The position numbers and the translations under genes are program-made. From Ginkgo biloba (lineage: Eukaryota; Plantae; Ginkgophyta), in assembly GCA_024626585.2 (NCBI GenBank), contig JANKJI020000004.1, positions 29,362,318 through 29,382,139 of the forward strand: a stretch of DNA of 19,822 nucleotides, given 5' to 3'. Shown piece after piece: positions 8,614 through 19,822 of the stretch. Position 1 is the stretch's first letter, and each line of letters begins with the position of its first letter. The notes beneath the pieces were generated by a model. It saw only the letters and a list, made by a program, of their open reading frames with translations. It was not told the DNA's origin and did no database searches.

Positions 8614-9063
8614 TGTTGTACATGTGTGTCTAGTTCTGCCACCATGGATGTAATATGTTGCATTCCCATACCTCGACAATGGATAAGCGTGTAGGCAGAA
8701 CTCTTTTCACGTGGCATATGGCAAACTTTTGAAAGCTTTTAAAATTGGCCCAATAAAATGATGGGCATGAATCATCATTCAAGAGAAGCCAGGGGTATAA
8801 AAATCTTCTAATATTATCATTTGTGATCATCTTTGATTTCGTATTGTTCAGCTCCTTTATGGAAATGCTTTTGGGCAATTAACGTGACTTTGACTTGCTT
8901 TTAATATTGAGATTTTATCTTCTTGACTGCTATCATTATTCCCCCAAATATTATATTCATATTGTCCATGGGATTATTATTTATTTCAGACATGCATTCA
9001 TTCGGTATACTTACTGTCCATGTGAATGGTTAGGCTTAATAATGTAACAATGGTATAAGAGCC
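8614..9063 (+). mobile_element. Probable 5' LTR (~436 bp) plus tRNA-iMet PBS
   Basis: ...GTAACA (ends 9049), A, then TGGTATAAGAGCC (9051-9063; 12/13 to TGGTATCAGAGCC). Candidate TGTTG start at 8614 and TATAAAA near 8796. The 5' boundary is uncertain. Confidence 0.6.
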
Positions 9064-10068
9064 TAAGTTCTTGCATTGTGGAANNNNNNNNNNNNNNNNN
9101 NNNNNNNNNNNGCAGAGAAGAAATTGGTGAGCAGTTCAAATTGGAAAGGCACACTGAGGATGTGATGATTAAAAGTTCAATCACTCCAAGTAGCATATAG
9201 ATTATATCAAATCGTAATGGTTGTAAGTTAAATTCATCCAATACGGTCGACCTAGGTTTTTCTCAGCCATCGCCTCTTGCTGTACTTAATAAGCATTGCC
9301 ATTGTATAAATGATGCATGTGCATGATATATTTTAAATAACATTTATCAATTTGATTAACTACAATTTAAATAATTCCATTAGACTATAGATGTACCTTT
9401 AGTGTTTTTCTAAACATAGTATAATGTCTTAATATAATGAGATTTCCTCTTATGATTTTATATCTATATACTAATCTATAGTTTTCCCATTATGATTGAA
9501 TCTTACTTAAATATAAATATATTTGAATCTTTTTTCCTATCATAAGAAGAAAACCAACCAAAGAAAAATAATTGTGACATCATTCTTGTGTCATGGTATC
9601 CCGAGGCAAAGTAAATAAGAAAATAACTTAGAAATATTACATTGTCTTTAAAAATTTTCAAAGTCAATGCTTGATATGCCCTATTAATGTACATGATTAT
9701 GATGTTAATTTTGACTATAAATAGTCTTGATACTTTTCTCTCGTATGATTTCCAAAATTGCAAGATAATAATACATCTTTTTAGTAACAACTTGTATTAA
9801 ATAAAGTGTGTTAGAATGTACTCTATTGAATTATGGAACTAATTAACATAAGTGGAACGGTCCCTGACTCACTAAGATACATGACAAGTAACTTATGTCA
9901 CAACATCATTAACTAATNNNNNNNNNNNNNNNNNNNNNNNNNNNNNNNNNNNNNNNNNNNNNNNNNNNNNNNNNNNNNNNNNNNNNNNNNNNNNNNNNNN
10001 NNNTGAGACTATTATATTACATAGAAATACATTAGAGATATACATAGAAGTGAGAGAGAGTCTTCAAA

Positions 10069-10548
10069 GTACAAAAATGACCCTACATATAATACAAAAT
10101 TATAATTGATAATCAAGAAACATATGGTCCCACCATAATTATGTGTCAGGTTTGTTACCTTCCAATGGACTATATAAAGACAAGTTGTCCATATACTCAA
10201 AACTAATACAAAGATAGCATCCATAATGAGTCACTAATATCAATGGGATCATCTTGGATTAGATGAGCTCTATTGAGATTTATTCTTAGCCATTGTGTAG
10301 ACCTATATGAGTTGATAGATCTTATGATTTAAATCCTTTAAAATAATAAATCAAAGATATTTTCAAGATTAATGGATTCATAACATTGAATCTTAATTTT
10401 ATTTATTATGTCTAAAATAATCATTCACACTTTGTTTAATAATCTCAATTTTAGAACTTCGATAGGGTTTTTATGACAATAGCATGAGTACAATAAGACT
10501 ATCATGTTTTTTTATGGATATATAAGTCTTTGTCACCTATTATATATG
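10069..10548 (+). repeat. Dispersed AT-rich repeat, copy 2 (homologous to 2413-2890)
   Basis: Same colinear blocks as copy 1, same orientation, with small indels. Confidence 0.9.
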
Positions 10549-11721
10549 CTAACAAAAGTAGTATGATCATAAAAATATAAAGGGCATGCATATAAGAAAG
10601 AATGCTCAACTTGTTAATGATTAAGGATGTGAAATTAATATGAGAAATTGAATTGCCATATTTTTTACTAAGGTGAACACACATAGTAAGATTGTAAACT
10701 AATAAAATTCATAGTAGCTAAACTATTACATTAGCCTATTAGACAAAGCCTATTAGTTATGTTATGGAAAATTCCTAGTCCATGTCAAGCATTATAGCCT
10801 AAGTCAATTTAAAATAGTTAGTATTCTTAAGGAAGGAGAAACTTGCATAAATGTATAGAGATCAAATACATGCATATTAATACCGTCCCTAATTTTCTAC
10901 AAGAATGGGATTACAAGGCTCATAGTAACCTATTTTTAAATTTTAATGTCCACATAATAGTTATAAATGTAACTTGATTCAATTGTCATAAGACAAGATA
11001 ATTTATGTACATACACCGATAAAGATTGTTGTAATGAGTCAAACAAAACATGTCACATCATGAAATGTATGACACATTTATATTTATTAAAAGTAGGCCT
11101 AATCAATACACCCAATAAAACTAGACAAGACACATTGAAGCATAGTTTTTAATGAAATATGATTTATATGAAGTGGGTGTATTTTATGGATTTTAAGTTA
11201 ACGCAAAGAAAATAGAAGTAGGAGTAATGCTCCTATACACATTAAGATGCATATTAAGGGAAAGTAGGGTAATAAGAGAATCGTCAAGATTATGATAATG
11301 TGAATTATCACATTCACTCATATATATTTTTTAAATATTANNNNNNNNNNNNNNNNNNNNNNNNNNNNNNNNNNNNNNNNNNNNNNNNNNNNNNNNNNNN
11401 NNNNNNNNNNNNNNNNNNNNNNNNNNNNNNNNNNNNNNNNATGAGAAGATCATAGAGACTATTAGCATTAGAGATAAATTTGATGGTTTCATTGATGATC
11501 AATAAAGTTCTCAATTCATTTGTGTCATGTACGTTATTATTTATTTATTTATGTGTTGGATTCAAGATGAATTTTATTATGAAATTTATGATTTTGTCAT
11601 GTTCCCATGTATCATTCATCATCTGACTCTTATGTATTATCCATTGGGTTCTTGTATACTATTAATTCATCAGGTTGTTCATTGTCATTCATTGTAGTTC
11701 GAGAGAGTTATTTTTAATAAA

Positions 11722-11936
11722 ACAACATTACACATACAATATTGCACTTGCACCATTGCATGTACACCATGATTATAACATTATACATGTACAATATTAC
11801 ACATACAACATTATAATATTATAACATTACACGATTACAAGATTGCACACATAACATGATTACAAGATTGTACATACAACATGATTACAACATTACACAC
11901 ACACCATAGCATGCACATATAACATTGTAATACAAG
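11722..11936 (+). repeat. Degenerate low-complexity minisatellite (acatacaacat / gattacaa units)
   Basis: Recurrent acacatacaa-cat(t/g), gattacaagattg and acattata units. Confidence 0.8.
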
Positions 11937-12207
11937 TTCATAAATGTACATGATGGTGGTTGTAGTATGGGTGGGTAGTGGTGCTCAAGTCCTATATTTT
12001 TCCAAAAATGATTATCTATGCTTATGTAGGGTCATTTGTTGACAATATGACTATTTTCCATGCTTGCCTCTAAGATCTCAGTAAATAGACCCCGTTGATG
12101 GCATTGATGTTATGTTCTCATGGATCTTATGATCTATCATATGGTCANNNNNNNNNNNNNNNNNNNNNNNNNNNNNNNNNNNNNNNNNNNNNNNNNNNNN
12201 NNNNNNN

Positions 12208-14077
12208 CTATTTTCACAAATCATCCAAGGTTTCAAACTCATGTTGGTTCACCAAAATATCCAAGGTTCCATAGTGGCATACCAACCTATGTCGGCGACA
12301 ATCCACCACAAGGATAATAATACAAAGTGCATGAACAACTATCAATCACTGATTGATTAAACTAAGATGATAACTTAACATTACAACTAGGCCTATCAAC
12401 CACTACACACTGTTACTTATAAAAATAACATCCTTATATAGGACCCACATACAAATGAAAGTAAATAANNNNNNNNNNNNCATTATTGAAGGGGATTTCA
12501 CGATTCAAAATTAATGGGATAATATTCAAAGATGTTGTCGATGTTATGCATCATTGCTCTTTCTTTCTCTATAGGCCTTCTTTTGATGAATCTACACAAA
12601 CTCTCTAACTTGTTGATATTCCTTTGTTGACATAATTCTCAATGCCTTGCCTTGACTACCTCATGATTAATGATCTATTTGTCTTACTAAATTTTCTTTC
12701 CAAAGGTCATTGGTGGAACTACCTCTCCATCGACATTTTCCTCAGTGGTTTAGCTTTACAACTAGAAATCTACATGCACTTACTTCACCCCTGTGTATCA
12801 AGTTCATCATCTAAAGTTTCCTCATTATTGATGTTTTCTTATCCTTGTATTTTCCATAAGGTTTTCCTACTATGGGATGCCTTTGCTTTGATGTTCTGCT
12901 CCTTCTCCTTGACTGCATCTCCTTCGCTTCAACTCCACAAAATAACTAAGGAACCAACCCCCTCTACACTAACCAAATAGTTATGGAATTGAATAACCCC
13001 TTCTCTTCCTTCTCTCTAGGATATGCTTCACTCAAATTACTTGGAAGCCATTACTTCCCTCTAATAGTTCAGTTGATGAGGTTCATTATAATTATGATAG
13101 CTCTTTCTATTAATATGCCTTCAACATCCATCTCTTTCTATGGCATATCTTCTTCATTCTCTAGAGTATCTTGGTGGTTTCACCTTCAAGGCCTCTTGAA
13201 TATCCATATCTATCCTCAAGATTCTCCTGCTCTTGTATTGTCTCTTTATTAGAGGTGCAATTACCTGTTGCCATTAATTTCCAAGTGCCACCTTCTTCAT
13301 AACCCTATCTTTATCTATTATATTTTATTGGTATATTATTTGGTGTTTCAAAATGACTCATTTATGGCTTGACATGCCTACCACTTTGTCCCTTCATTGC
13401 TTGTTTTCTAGACATGGTTCTCATTTGTGGTCAACCACCACTCATTGCTCATCTACTAGACATTGGATGTGCTAATGGTTTTCTAACCTTCATCACTCAT
13501 GTGCCAGATATGGGTCTTCCACACTTTATATCATGTCTACCAAACATGGGTATTCCACCCTCTTAGTCTTATCTTATAGATATATATTTTTCACACTTTG
13601 CCACTTGACTTTTAGACATATGTCTATCACCCTTTATCACTCATCTACTATACATAGGTATGCTACCTTTTGTCTATTATCTACCAGACATAGGTTTTCC
13701 ACCCTTCATTGCTTGTTTACCAAACATGTGTTTTCCACCCTTTGTCCCTCATCTTCCATAAATAGGCCTCCCACCCTTTGTCATTCATCTTCTAGACATG
13801 GGTCTACCACCCTTTGTTGCTTATGTACTAGACACGGGTCTACCACCCTTATCCCCTAATAACCCTATTAGTGCTTTGGTTAGTCACCCATTTTTGGTGA
13901 TACTATTCACCTTGGTGACATGCATTGTCCACCCTTCCTCATTATTTTCATTATCGTTCAATCTTATATTTTCTAAAATTTTCCTTGGGACTTATCTACT
14001 ACACCATTCTGGTCGACTCTTCCAAAACTTTATAAAATTTTCACTTTGTCATGTGCTATTGAGATGCTCTTGCATCA
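12208..14077 (-). mobile_element. Long (>=1.8 kb) 3' LTR of chromovirus copy C
   Basis: Starts TGATGCA at 14077 directly after the PPT AAGTAAGGGAGGA (14090-14078). The first ~80 nt are homologous to 14674-14592. Candidate TATA box CCTATATAAGG at 12442-12432. The distal end is not seen (gap), so the extent is inferred. Confidence 0.6.
13369..13863. repeat. Tandem array of 36-bp units (plus 48-, 48- and 39-bp variants)
   Basis: Unit starts at 13504, 13540, 13576, 13612, 13648, 13684, 13720, 13756, 13792 and 13828; variants start at 13369, 13408 and 13456. Consensus approx. c(c/t)agacatgggtcttccaccctttgtcactcatcta. Confidence 0.92.
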
Positions 14078-14491
14078 TCCTCCCTTACTTATAAAAATGT
14101 ATAGGTCCTCTTACATGTGCTCCTCCTTGAATATTTTCTACTTCTCCATATTCAGTCCTCTAAAATCCTTCTTAATAATTCAAGTATTGTCCTCTTGGGG
14201 TAATCCTTCCCATTTTACCAAATATCTAGTGTAGCTACCACATCTAGTATTTATGACCTTTATGTCCAACACTTATTCAATATTCTCTTTCTTCCTTCTT
14301 GGCATATATTGTTTCCAATCAACCACTTATTCATTTGAATATTTATCTCCATGATATTGTTATAAGTCTACGACATTGAATATTGATGAAATTTTATAAT
14401 CTATTAGTAGATCCACCTCACAGGCATTCTCATTTATCTTATTAGTGATCTGAGATGGTTCGATCTTTTTGTATTTTTATGTGTTGTAGGT
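14075..14491 (-). mobile_element. Chromovirus copy C: integrase C-terminus (GPY/F module) + chromodomain + PPT
   Basis: KKIEPSQITNKINENACEVDLLIDYKISSIFNVVDL*QYHG...IE*VLDIKV...YTRYLVKWEGLPQEDNT*. Colinear with 14672-15090. Confidence 0.92.
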
Positions 14492-14591
14492 NNNNNNNNN
14501 NNNNNNNNNNNNNNNNNNNNNNNNNNNNNNNNNNNNNNNNNNNNNNNNNNNNNNNNNNNNNNNNNNNNNNNNNNNNNNNNNNNNNNNNNNN

Positions 14592-17004
14592 TCTGTTATG
14601 ACCTTTCGGTTAGTTCTACCAAAACTTCACAAAATTTGTACTCTAACAATTATGGTTGGGATATTTTTGCGTCATCCTTCCTTACTTACAAAAAAATGTA
14701 GGTCCTCCTACAAGTTATCCTCCTCAAATATTTGCCACTTTTCTTCCTCCAATCTTTTGATTTCCTCCTCCATAATCCAAGTGTTGTCTTCTTGGGCTAG
14801 TCCTTCCCACTTTACCAAATATCTAGTGTAGCTTCCTCCTTTAGTCTCTACAACCTTTCTATCCAACACTTTATCAATTATCACTTTCTTTCTTCTTAGC
14901 ATTTATAATTTCTAGTCAACCACTTCTTTATGTGTCTCTTCATCACCATGATACTGGTATAAGTATGAAAGATTAAATACTGATGAAATGCCATATTCTA
15001 TTAGTAGGTCCACCTTGTAGGCATTCTCATTTATCTTTTTAGTGATTTGACATGGTCTAATCTTTTTGTATTTCATCTTGTTATAGGTTCATGTTGAAAA
15101 CTTATCCTTCCTTAGGAATACCATGACCATATCCCTAACTTTAAATTCTTTATGTCGGTGATGTTTTTTTTCTATCAATTTGTATCCTACATTTCTCTTT
15201 GTCAAAAGTCCTCATGAATTTCTTCATATGTTCTACCATGGCTTTGGCATCATCATTGACCCTTTGTCTTCTTAGAATCTCAACCAACTCCACCACTATC
15301 TTCAAAAACCTTCCATATATGATCTAAAATGGTGTCAACCTTATTGACTTGTTCATCGAGTTTTCGTATGCAAAATCAACTTGTGAAAGTATCATATATC
15401 ACTACTTAGGTTTGTCTCCTGTTAAACTTTGCAATTGATTATTCAACAATCAATTCATCACCTCTTTCTTCCTATCAGTCTATGGGTGGTATGAACTACT
15501 ATACTATAGCTTAGCATCCAACTTCTTCCATAGTATTAACAACAATCTTATTGGCAATTCCTCTAGAGTGACATTCTTGTATTCTATTATCGATATTTTG
15601 ACTTCCTTAGGAATCTCTATCGATTGATCCCTTTTCACCTCATTCACTAACATAGCATGGAACATTCCTATGACTCACATGATTTTTATGAATTGATTCA
15701 CCAACAAAGTTACTTATGATAATTATTCTTTCTTCATCGGATGCTATATGAAATTCCTTCCATCTTTGCCAAAAGAGTAGGTGTGTCTTCTCTTATTGTG
15801 AATTACTTGTTAGTCAAAATGCCATGGTCATCTCATAAATAAGTGACATATGTCCACTGACACTATGTAATACCATGCTTGGCCTTGATAGTTTCCCATA
15901 TAGAATACTATAAGACATCTCTCCTTAATGGTGATCTCGCCTCCCTTCTTGAACCATGAGATTCTATGTGGCATCTCATATCATTGTCGATGGAATCCCA
16001 AATTCTAGACCATTTCCTATTATACTATATTCTCAAAAATGCCTCTGTCAATGATCACATAATAGGATCTTCATCTAAACTTACATCTCATTCTAAATAT
16101 CCTCTTTATTTGGTCCAAGTTTCTTATTAGTATTTGATTATCTATGATATTATCTTGAGCATCTATCATTTGGATTTATTCTCTATCTACCAACTTCCCT
16201 TTATCCTTTGTCTATGGATTTTGTGGGTGTCTCTTACCTATGGTAAACTTTCTCCTTGATGATAACATCATACTTTGAGTTATTGATGTCTCTAACCTAT
16301 TAGTTGTCACATGCTCAAGCTTTGCCTCTTCATGGAGCAATTTGTCCTTTGGCTCCTTAGGTCTTAGTCTATCATCTTTCCTCCTTGGAAATTAAAAGGC
16401 TCTATGACCTTCCACACTACATATAAAATATGTTTTCATCCTTCTATGTTCATAATATGCTCTTTCCATTCATCCTCCTCTCATATGGAAGAATCTACTT
16501 TGCCCTTTTACTCGATAAATATTGAATTCACCTCATAGCCTCAATGGTGCATCATGACCATACCTTATGGTGGTATCACTCCTTGAGCTACCTTCACCAT
16601 TATACCTCTTGATATTTCTTCCCTACATTTGGTATGATGTTCCCATCTCTCTGATGAATGGTCTCTTCCTTGTGTTTCTGGCTATCTTTTCTTTGGCCTT
16701 CATTGCCAACTAATAAGCTTCATCCATAATTTTCACATGATGCATAGAAATTTAGTCTTGAACAAGGTAATTCAAATAATTTTCATATCTTGATATTAAC
16801 TTCTCCTCATATTCATTGTGTCCACTTTGAATGTATAGTTTGAAGAACTCATCAGTGTACATAGGTATAACTTTATCTCTTTGCCTTAGGTTTTAGAGTT
16901 CTCAAAACAACCTCTGACTGTAGTTTGTAGGTAGAAATTTTTCTTTCATCTTGATAACCATCTTCTTACATTTTTTAATGTTCTCTTTGTCTTTATAGGT
17001 TCTT
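14592..17004 (-). mobile_element. CRM-like chromovirus copy B: gag, zinc knuckle, protease, [RT/RH deleted], partial integrase, chromodomain, PPT, LTR start
   Basis: Gag KMKEKFLPTNYSQRLF*EL*NLRQ...YTDEFFKL; knuckle YFICSVEGHRAF*FP (16430-16389); protease VIIDRG (D at 16049-16047) and DICHLFMR*PW; integrase LWKKLDAKL*YSSSYHP*TD...FAYENS...TPF*IIYG; INENAYKVDL; chromodomain IDKVLD...YLVKWEGLAQEDNTW; PPT 14687-14675; LTR from 14674 (TGACGCA). Confidence 0.95.
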
Positions 17005-17874
17005 NNNNNNNNNNNNNNNNNNNNNNNNNNNNNNNNNNNNNNNNNNNNNNNNNNNNNNNNNNNNNNNNNNNNNNNNNNNNNNNNNNNNNNNNNNNNNNNN
17101 NNNNGTATACAAAATAAAATCCAACAATTATTTATAACCCTTTTGTATTTTATTTTCAATATATAATGTAATGAAACTAGGAAAATTATACCCACATTTT
17201 AACACATCTAAGAATTTACTAACCCTAAATAAAAGAAATGTATCTATGGATATTTGATATTATAGAATAAATTATATAATGTCTAGGTGAGGAGATGTTC
17301 ACATCTTTGAATTCATAGGTGAGTGTGTCTTCAAGCCTCATCTCAGTCATTATAGAGGCATCCTCTTCTCCATGCATTTTCTCCTCTAATAATCTAGTCA
17401 CAAACTATTTGTCAAATTCTCTTAACAATAGTCTTGTAGACAAAGGGAAGATGAAGGTAACATTCTCATTTGACACTATTTTAGATTCTAGGAAAGGCTT
17501 CAAGATGATTTCTAATGTTTTAGATCTGCCATAGGTTAGACCTTTGGATGCTCAGTCCTTGAAAGTAGACTAGGTTCACAAGGTAATCAGTTGAGCAGAT
17601 AAGAGGGAGGATGAACCTATTTTTTATTAGAGGAGATCTTAGAGATAACTTTTGGAAGAGAGTTGGATGAATATCAATAGAAAATAATAGTATATATAAT
17701 TTTACAAGAATCCATCAGAGAAAAACTAAGGAAATGACCTCTAAACTCTGGATTCAAGTGCAAATTAAAGACAATACAACTTCTCTTCAACATTGGACAA
17801 CAACCTATGNNNNNNNNNNNNNNNNNNNNNNNNNNNNNNNNNNNNNNNNNNNNNNNNNNNNNNNNNNNNNNNNN

Positions 17875-18704
17875 AAACCAACAATAACATGAGAACTGGC
17901 ACTATTCAAACTAGTAAATTGACACTGACAACAGGATAGAAAAGGTGGTGATTGACAGAGAGCACACGAATAGGGATCATCAAAAATAAAGAAGGATGAG
18001 GGATACCAATAAGTGGAGAGGAAAAAATGTTAATTTCATCATCAAATACCAACAAAGGAAAAATAACACTGACAAGTGATCAAAGAAAAGATTAGGGTTG
18101 ATCGATAACCATTGATCATTGACAGAGGAAACTAATAATAGTGATAGGAGAACACCAACACCAATAATAGAAGCTCATTGATAGAGATAATTAGAAAAAT
18201 TATAGGAAGATGATGAAATGACATGAAGGGAATATCAATAATCAGGAAATAATGGTACTAGTTAGTAGACTTAATGGCAGTATTTGGAAGACACCTACCA
18301 AATGAATCTTCACCTGCAAAGGATGAGTAATGGAAAATTGAATGTCTCACCAACTTAGAGTAGAAGCAAGAAGTTTTAGGTACCAAAGAGAACCTTATAG
18401 AAGGGGGGGTAGGTAAATTAGAGAGAGTGGAGCAGAGTAGAGAAGAACAACTCAGAATAGAGGAGTAGAAAAGAGAAGAAGAAGAGCATGTGACTGCGTA
18501 AGACTAAGGAATTTGTTGATAGCCTTGGAGTGACTCCTTCAGCTCAAGAAGAGTGTATAATGGTGTAAATATACATTGTTGTATTATTCATGTAATCCCT
18601 CTAGGACAATGACTAATGAAAATAATTATGTTCTTTGTGTAAATCGTCTTGTAAGTCTTTACTTCTTTGGTGTTAGATTTGTGGGATAATTTAATCCCAT
18701 TACA
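17875..18704 (+). mobile_element. Possible LTR remnant
   Basis: Purine-rich segment with recurring ca(c/t)tgacag/a motifs, then a T-rich tail ending ...CCCATTACA. No PBS or TSD found. Confidence 0.3.
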
Positions 18705-19270
18705 TCTCGTTCCTCACTACATGTGTTTGAGCTATTTTATTCGATCTTGGATGTGGCATTCATCCGCCACTTTAGTGGGAGTGATCGGGTGACACTATCA
18801 ATCGATATGACAAAATTAGAGATGATGGAAATGTATTAGGGAGGATTTTTATTAGATTTCTCTATGTCTCCTCCATTTACTCCTCCCAAGGGGACATGAA
18901 GCAAGATGATAAACACTCCATGGACTCGAGATGCAGTGAAGTTGTTAACAAGGGGCCCAATATTAAGGACAACAAGCAAGGTTCTCAAGGTGTTGCTTAC
19001 TATACTTCACTTTTGCATGAGAGAGCTTGTATCTAACCACTAAGTTTGCATGTGCACACATCCTCATTTTGTATATTCATTGTTATGAATTTTGCACCTA
19101 CTTATAAACAAATCCATAATGTAATTCAGATGTATTAGACAACTTAATATGCCATGTCTAGCTAGTTTTGGCATTCTAACTTAGTAAACATGGATGTATA
19201 ACTAAGGAGAATTTTCCTCTATTCATTTTAGGCTAGCCTTGTAGAACTCATCCATGTACATATTTACTTT

Positions 19271-19287
19271 AAAAAAAAAAAAAAAAA
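19271..19287 (+). repeat. Poly(A)17 tract
   Basis: Seen directly; no target-site duplication identified. Confidence 0.9.
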
Positions 19288-19704
19288 GGGATTATTAGTT
19301 GAGAGTTTAATTCCTACAGTTATTATAACAAGTGCTAAGGAATTGAAATAGAAGGTAAAGGAAGAGTAGAATGTCAGAAATGAGAGAAGTGGATCTAACA
19401 ACACTAGTGTTGGAAAATAAATTAATTCTAAATTTAATATTCTAGTTAAAGGGCCAGTTAGGAATTCAAAGGGTTAGTAAGTTGAATGTTAAGGGTCACT
19501 TGGAATATAGGGTCAGAACTTAAGAGTCACATTATTATCTTTATATTAGAGGATTTATAATTGTTGTATTATCTGTTCTCAGTCAGAACAAGTTCAGTGC
19601 CAATTCGCATTATGTAAGTTGGTACCACAGTTTAATAAAGAATTTTTCTCCATTATGTAATGTCTCTATTTTGTTATTAATGTTTACCCTTTTCATTTAA
19701 ATTT

Positions 19705-19822
19705 TATATAGAACCTAGAATTCAAGAGAATAAGTAAAATTGGTCATTCATATCAATATCATACAACCACTATAGATTTTTAACTAGGGAAACCATTTGG
19801 GGAGTAAAAGTCTAGATTATTA
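19705..19822 (-). mobile_element. Fragment related to the LTR-like region at 1795-1900
   Basis: tttaactagggaaaccatttggggagtaaaa (19779-19809) versus tttaactagagaaacccttttggggaataaaa (1861-1892). An upstream block gaa(c/t)cta.aa..tcaagag is also shared. Confidence 0.55.

Noticed and set aside
12642-13252. Plus-strand Leu/Ser/Phe-rich ORFs
   Set aside because: Antisense reading of purine-rich LTR DNA with no domain signal.
13504-13863. CRISPR array
   Set aside because: Units are head-to-tail with no unique spacers, in a eukaryotic TE context with no cas genes.
17300-17809. Possible LINE ORF1 relic / ORF 17319..17534
   Set aside because: No diagnostic motif could be read in any frame.
19188-19257. 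9-bp inverted repeat (acatggatg / catccatgt) before the poly(A) tract as a MITE, SINE or miRNA hairpin
   Set aside because: The stem is too short, with no TSD or Pol III boxes.
19408-19695. Solo LTR TGTTGG...TTTCA
   Set aside because: The flanks (actag / tttaa) are not a target-site duplication and no PBS or PPT is adjacent.

Overview
AT-rich, CpG-depleted eukaryotic (seed-plant, probably gymnosperm-like; inferred) genomic DNA from a fragmented assembly. Six exact 100-N spacers and many smaller gaps split it, so adjacency across those spacers is not guaranteed. I see no intact complete gene. The window holds decayed LTR retrotransposon DNA and isolated gene fragments. (1) A compact minus-strand LTR-like element (about 150-2158). 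Its internal region is one decayed ORF: coiled coil, G-patch, then three CCHC zinc knuckles, with no pol. (2) Three pieces of a CRM-like Ty3/gypsy chromovirus. Two diverged copies share an in-frame deletion of RT, RNase H and the integrase N-terminus. The long LTR carries a 36-bp tandem array. (3) Orphan exons with intact splice sites: an At1g67340-type F-box exon with a premature stop, a 133-bp R2R3-MYB exon 1, and a minus-strand multi-exon fragment I cannot identify. (4) A small gypsy RT fragment, further LTR/PBS remnants, a ~480-bp dispersed repeat present twice, and micro/minisatellites. All family calls come from hand translation and motif recognition, not database searches.
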